This document shows, one piece after another, positions 58,258 through 64,000 of a stretch of DNA of 64,000 bases. The notes under the pieces were generated by a model, which searched no databases, was not told the DNA's origin, and worked only from the letters and a program-made list of their open reading frames with translations. How positions within the stretch are numbered: position 1 is the stretch's first letter; every line of letters begins with the position of its first letter. The translations under genes and the position numbers were made by a program. The DNA comes from Amoebidium appalachense (lineage: Eukaryota; Protista; Ichthyosporea). The stretch lies in assembly GCA_963693365.1 (NCBI GenBank), contig CAVNZM010000018.1, positions 303,361 to 367,360 on the forward strand, written 5' to 3'.

Positions 58258-59654
58258 CTTTTAAGAGAATGCAAGAGAAGGTGAAAGGTGAAAAAGTAAG
58301 AGAACTGGGACTGTAACCGCTTTTTATATCGGGAAACGGGACAATTTGGACAGCTGATGTGTGGCGAATCAACAGGCGCTTGAATAAGACCCCAAACAAC
58401 CAATTAAATCATTCGCACATGTAAAGGCACGCTTTTGCAGCTGATACGCGCCCAATCAATTTGGATACCCCGCTGTCAAACAAGTTAAAAAATTACTCCT
58501 TTATATCACATTGCAACAATCAAAGCTATTTGGACAAATTAATTTTTGATTTTATTCTTTTTTTTTTTTGCTTACGGCCGTTTTAATGAAGTATAAACAA
58601 CTTTTGGTATACATAGCAAAAACAACCAGCAAATCGCACTCCTTTTGATTGGCTGGACAGCGGTTGGGGAAGATCGTAGGATCACGTGCACTATCTGGAG
58701 GGGGGCAAGGCTTTTCACAGTAAGCATCGCGATTCATGAGCACGCGAATTGGTAACGGGTCATCTGCAAACAAGTAAGCTCCAATTTCAAAAGTAAAGCA
58801 ATTCTAGTAGCTTTTTCCTGTGTTTCGTATACTGTCGATACATTTGAATAAAAGTCAGTCTATACCGTAACATGGCAAATTAGACAATTTTGGGATCTGA
58901 CACGCATTCGTCATCATGAAATTCAAAAGCCACTCATCGGAGGGGAGGGGGGGCAAAAGAGGTGCTATTCGAATGACCCGCGGCAACGGCATCCATGTAC
59001 ACAAGACTTGAATTAAATAAATAACTTATGTAGAAAATATACATCAAATAAACCTATGTAGAAAATATACATCTGAATTGTAATAGCATCGATTGTGGTT
59101 TCCGGGCGTTAAAAAATGTGAAATCAAGAGCCACTCATCGGAGGGAGGGCAAAAGGGGAGTGAAATTCCGATTTTGCGCTATCCGAATGACCCGCGGCAA
59201 AAGGCATCCATGTTGATGTTTTATGTTCGTTGTACACAAGACTTGAATGAAATAAAATAAACGTAGATTTTTCGATTACTATTACAGCACATGAGTGAGC
59301 ATGAAATAAATAAACGTAGATTTTTCGATTACTATTACAGCACATGAGTGAGCATGACCTGCAAAAGCCGCCACCTGATTGGGTATCCGGCAATTGGATC
59401 TGGACACCAGTGCCTATTGCCGTGCCTATTGCCGCGGCCGATGAATCAAGCACTATATGATTCGGCGCGCTGCCAGTTGATGTCATTTTGCAAAATCTAC
59501 GAACCGATTCTCCCTGTCTATTACACAACAACAGATTTCACACAAACAACAGGATTAATACGGCTACACTACAGTTTTCACAGATTTCACACAAACAACA
59601 GTTATTTTTCTCAGAAATTGTTATAACAGATCATCCTAGTCTTACAATTCCAAA

Positions 59655-62600
59655 ATGCCGCCTAAAGGGCTGACACGCTATGAGTCCGTTGTAGATAACA
59701 ACATCTCATCGAAAATTTCAGACGCGGAAAAATCACTGATTGAATTGCATGACACGGTGGTTTTCTATGAAGGGGAGTTGAGGTACGCACGGAGTGTACT
59801 TAGGAGGGTGTGTGCGAGAGCAATCCAGTTTGACCCGGAACTTCTGCAAGATGAGAGTCTGTTTGCCAGGGAGGAGGAGCAGGGGGGGGGCAGGGAGAGG
59901 TCGGTGGTAGAGGATACCCTTCGTGTGAGGGGCGAGAGAGAGGCGGAGGGTGAGGGTGAGGGGGTGGGCGAGGCGGAGGGTGAGGGTGAGGGGGTGGGCG
60001 AGGAGGACGAGGAAGGGGGCGAGGTAATGCGCCGGAAGGTGGTCAGCGAGGAGAAAACAGAACCACCTTTTGCGGAGGTGGTGATAGGAGGGGCGAAGAA
60101 GTTGATGGAGGTTGTCTCTGAAAACGTGTATAGGGACCCCGAAACGGGGCAACATTGGAGTTATGATTATACAGCAATGGGGTTTTTTGAGGTGAAGCAC
60201 ACGCACCCTGCCAGTGGCCGTGTAGCCCGGCGGATGGTGGAACGGGAGAAACGTAAGGAGGGAGAAACGACGGAAGGGGAGAAACGTAAGAAGGGAGGAG
60301 GGAAGGTTTGTGAAGAGATTTCTTTAATTTCGGATGAGGAGGAAGGGGAGAGGGGGGAGGGGGAGGGGGAGAAGGACTCGGAGAGGGGAGAGGGGGGAGG
60401 GGGAGGGGGAGAAGGACTCGGAGAGGGAGAGGGAGGGTCAGGAGGAGGAGAGTCAGGAGGAGGAGGGTCAGGAGGAAGAGGAGCAGGAAATGGAGGGATT
60501 GGCATTGAATATATTTCAGGAGATGAAAAAACAGCTCGATGCAAGTTACCGGGGCGGCAGGGGCGGCAGGGGTGGCAGGGGCGGCAGGGGCGGCCATAAG
60601 AGACCCGCACAGCAGATTACCGAGAGGGCTCCCAAGAAGAAGAAGTAAGAGGGGGGGGGGGGGGGGGGGTAGTGGCATGCTTCGTTATGCTTTACTTAGT
60701 GTTTTTTGCAAGCAATCGGTTATATGTTATTATTTTTTTTGAGGGGGGGGTAATAGTTTTTGCAAGCAACCGAGTGTATTTTTTTTTTGTGGGGGGGGGG
60801 GGTTTCCGAGTGTATGTTGTGGGAGAGGGGAGGGGGTCATCCACGTGTTCGACAGTGGAGTGTTCATACACATTTTCGATACTATGTAAAACTCATGCAG
60901 TGAATAAATATATTACATTAAAAAGACACGTGTGCCACCACGGATGCATTTAGCTTTTGCATGCCCCGGCCTCACACGGATGCATTTGCCCCCCCCCCCC
61001 CCCCCCCCCCCTGCATGCACGGATGCATTTGCCCACCCCCCCCTGCATGCACGGATGCATTTGCCCACCCCCCCCCCCCCCCCCCCCCTGCATGCACGGA
61101 TGCATTTATTTGCCCCCCCCGGCCTCACACTTAGCATTTTTTGCATGCTTCCGGCCTCACACTTTGCATTATTTGCATGCACCGATGAATGCTTCCGGCC
61201 TCACACTTTGCATTATTTGCATGCACCGCATTATTTGCATGCACCGATGCATTTATTTGGCCTCCCGAGAGAGACACTTTTGCATGCTTCCGGTCTCACA
61301 CTTTGCATTATTTGCATGCACCGATGCATTTATTTGGCCTCCCGAGAGAGACACTTTTGCATGCTTCCGGCCTCACACTTTGCATTATTTGCATGCACCG
61401 ATGCATTTATTCATGCACCGATGCATTTATTTGGCCTCCCGAGAGAGACACTTTTGCATGCTTCCGGCCTCACACTTTGCATTATTTGCATGCACCGATG
61501 CATTTATTTGGCCTCCCGAGAGAGACACTTTTGCATGCTTCCGGCCTCACACTTTGCATTATTTGCATGCACCGATGCATTTATTTGGCCTCCCGAGAGA
61601 GACACTTTTGCATGCTTCCGGCCTCACACTTTGCATTATTTGCATGCACCGATGCATTTATTCATGCACCGATGCATTTATTTGGCCTCCCGAGAGAGAC
61701 ACTTTTGCATGCTTCCGGTCTCACACTTTGCATTATTTGCATGCACCGATGCATTTATTCATGCACCGATGCATTTATTTGGCCTCCCGAGAGAGACACT
61801 TTTGCATGCTTCCGGTCTCACACTTTGCATTATTTGCATGCACCGATGCATTTATTTGGCCTGCCGAGAGAGACACTTTGTTCCGGCCTCACACTATTTG
61901 GCCTGCCGAGAGATACTTTTTGCATGCCCCGGCCTCACACGGATGCATGCCCACCCCCCCCTGCATGCGCGGATGCATGCCCCCACCCCCCCCCCCCCCC
62001 CCCCTGCATGCACGGATGCATTTATTTGGCCCCCCGGCATCACACTTAGCATTTTTTGCATGCTTCCGGCCTCACACTTTGCTGCACCGATGCATTTATT
62101 TGGCCTCCCGAGAGAGACACTTTTGCATGCTTCCGGCCTCACACTTTGCTTTATTTGCATGCACCGATGCATTTATTCATGCACCGATGCATTTACTTGG
62201 CCTCCCGAGAGAAACATTTTTGCATGCTTTTCCGGCCTCACACTTAGCCGTTGTTGCAGGGAGAGCCCGGCCCGCCCTTCAACCACCCCAAAGTCCAAAA
62301 AGCAGGGCCCGGGCCGCCCTTCAACCACCCCGAAGTCCAAAAAGCAGGGCCCGGGCCGCCCTTCAACCACCCCGAAGTCCAAAAAGCAGGGCCCGGCCCG
62401 CCCTTCAACCACCCCAAAGCCCAAAAGGCGGAGGGCCAAACAATCGTCGAGGTGGGCAGACACAACGACCGACACGGAAGACTCCGAGGCCAACACATCG
62501 GACATCGTAGAGGGTTCTGATTCCGAGTCGGTAATGGCAGAATACAAACAATACTTGAGGGAACACGAAGGTCTGAGTGAGAGCCTTATTGCGAAGATCA

Positions 62601-62731
62601 CCGACCGCAGCATCGACCTGGACAGTTATTCTGGCAGCGACGAGGAGATATTGGATTATTTGGGGGTGATTCGGGCGGGCAAGCCGAGCGCCAGGAAGGG
62701 CCATAGCAATAGAGACCTTTTTTTGTGGTAG
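59655..62731 (+). CDS. Orphan two-exon disordered nuclear protein (acidic tracts, RGG box, AT-hook-like 14-aa repeats)
   Basis: Exon 1 59655-60644 needs removal of one G in a run near 60385. Donor AA|GTAAGA, acceptor TTGTTGCAG|G at 62259, exon 2 62260-62731 in matching phase 2. Contains EEISLISDEEE, (RGG)4 and repeated KKQGPGRPSTTPKS. Confidence 0.55.
60960..62247 (-). repeat. Approx. 77-bp minisatellite array (ATGCAT-rich, CCGGCCTCACACTT core); short third array at 62960-63100
   Basis: Unit GCATGCTTCCGGCCTCACACTTTGCATTATTTGCATGCACCGATGCATTTATTTGGCCTCCCGAGAGAGACACTTTT. Some units carry an extra 19 bp. Confidence 0.92.
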
Positions 62732-63167
62732 TGATAGTGATTGATCATGATTCTTTTGTATTCGGCTTTTGGTTTTTTTTTTTTGGGGGGGGGGGGGGGC
62801 AATGCAAAGTATTCGGCAGGCCTAAGGCCAGTGTATGCCGTGTAATGTTTTGATTCGGGTCAGGCACGTGTTGGACAGTGGGTGTTCATACACATTTTCG
62901 TCATGCAGTGGAAATACTGTAAAACTCATACCGTAGAAATACAAGTAAATATATTACATTTGGCCCTCCCGGCCTCACACTTAGCATTATTTGCATGCAC
63001 GGATGCATTTATTGGCCCCCCCCCCCCCCCTCCCGGCCTCACACTTAGCATTATTTGCATGCACGGATGCATTTATTGGCCCTCCCGGCCTCACACTTAC
63101 TTGCCAAATATCATTGTACCACTGTTTTATTATTTGGTGACGGCCCCGGCGCTGTGTGTGCCATCAT

Positions 63168-63425
63168 TTAGAAGTCCGAGTGCTTCATATCGAATTCACC
63201 AGCACCTGTTCTTTTACTTACGAAGTATAGGATCGTGGAGACCAAGGGTGTGACCAACAATCCTGTAAGCACAATAGCAGCAGAAACATAAACCAAGTAC
63301 ATTCTATTTACTTTCTCCTTTGCGTTTGGTTCTGACTTCATTAAATTATACCAGTGTATATTTGCAATAACACTACATAGAGATATGATATACAGTATGA
63401 CTGTGTACACCTGGCCGTCAAACAT
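63168..63425 (-). CDS. Small orphan two-transmembrane protein (85 aa)
   Basis: MFDGQVYTVILYIISLCSVIANIHWY...MYLVYVSAAIVLTGLLVTPLVSTILYFV-SKR: two hydrophobic spans with a charged loop, intronless. Confidence 0.45.
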   Translation of the reverse strand: MFDGQVYTVILYIISLCSVIANIHWYNLMKSEPNAKEKVNRMYLVYVSAAIVLTGLLVTPLVSTILYFVSKRTGAGEFDMKHSDF

Positions 63426-63566
63426 GTATGTGTGCTCTACAAAACTTTCGACTTCCAGCGTGTACACCCCTAAAACTTGACTGCATTCCTGTGTGTGTGT
63501 GTGTGGGAGGGGGGGGGAGGGGGGGGGGGATTGCGTCCATTCTGTGACCGATAACCGCAAAAGAGT

Positions 63567-63968
63567 TTATATGCCTGCTGCACCGATGCCGGCAGGCTTG
63601 ACGCAGCAGAAGTCCGGCGTGCACGGCATCGACGTGGCCCTGCGCCGCTTGCACCGCAGCACCCCGCCGGTCTTGGGGTCCGCTTGGTAGAGCCTGCAGC
63701 CCACAAACTGGTTGCACGGCACGAGCGACGGATTCTGCGGCACCACCGTGCGGCACAGCCACCCGCACCCCACCCCCGGCACCGGCACCTGCGAGCACAC
63801 GGGCGCTGCGGTGGCCGTCTACGCAGTGAGCCGTGTGCATCTGGGTGGTTGGGTGAGGGTGGGCGTCGGGGTGGTTGGCGCCGGCGTCGGGGGGGCCGTC
63901 ACGTAGCTGGCGGCGGCGGCGGCGGCTTGTGCAAGTAGGGCAACGAGCACGTACATTACCGTGTGCAT
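63567..63968 (-). pseudogene. Secreted Cys-rich small protein with an internal in-frame TAG
   Basis: MHTVMYVLVALLAQAAAAAAS signal, Pro/Thr linker, TAG at 63821-63819, then in the same frame a 9-Cys domain ending PCTPDFCCVK...GI*. Confidence 0.6.
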
Positions 63969-64000
63969 GGATAATAGTTGTGGGGGTGGGGGTGTTCTTG

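Noticed and set aside
56826-62247. Repeat arrays as CRISPR-like loci
   Set aside because: Units are contiguous with no unique spacers, there are no cas genes, and the context is eukaryotic.
60932-62259. 599-aa, 517-aa and 286-aa overlapping ORFs
   Set aside because: Open in all three frames because the minisatellite lacks stops, and the same peptides rotate between frames. Only 62260-62731 looks coding.
48580-63968. Alternative genetic code (TAA/TAG read as Gln) to explain in-frame stops
   Set aside because: Conserved genes here terminate at TAG (receptor, precursors), TAA (SPO11) and TGA (CTPS) at the expected positions and contain no internal stops.

Overview
Eukaryotic genomic DNA, very rich in (CA)n/(GT)n and long poly-G/poly-C tracts. 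It looks like a microbial opisthokont, but that is inference. Nearly all long ORFs in the supplied track are microsatellite artefacts, so genes were rebuilt exon by exon. Left half: the 3' part of a cation-independent mannose-6-phosphate-receptor-like gene (+, to 6597), an intact 9-exon SPO11 (-, 8481-16669) and, head-to-head with it, a 16-exon CTP synthase (+, 18567-30038). Middle (about 29-56 kb): a segmentally duplicated cluster of five intact and one truncated intronless gene for a secreted precursor I do not recognise. Each has a signal peptide, a variable 4-Cys module, two Arg-Arg processing sites and a conserved amphipathic C-terminal peptide. The cluster has a shared promoter module and amplified poly(A)-signal repeats, and carries CTPS 3'-exon pseudogene copies, a solo LTR and a hAT element whose empty site is visible in a paralogue. 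Right end (55.6-64 kb): an apparent insertion truncating the sixth copy. It carries related tandem-repeat arrays in both orientations and several orphan genes (coiled-coil, spliced acidic/RGG/AT-hook-like, 2-TM, Cys-rich secreted with an internal TAG). All coordinates were read by eye; no database searches were possible.
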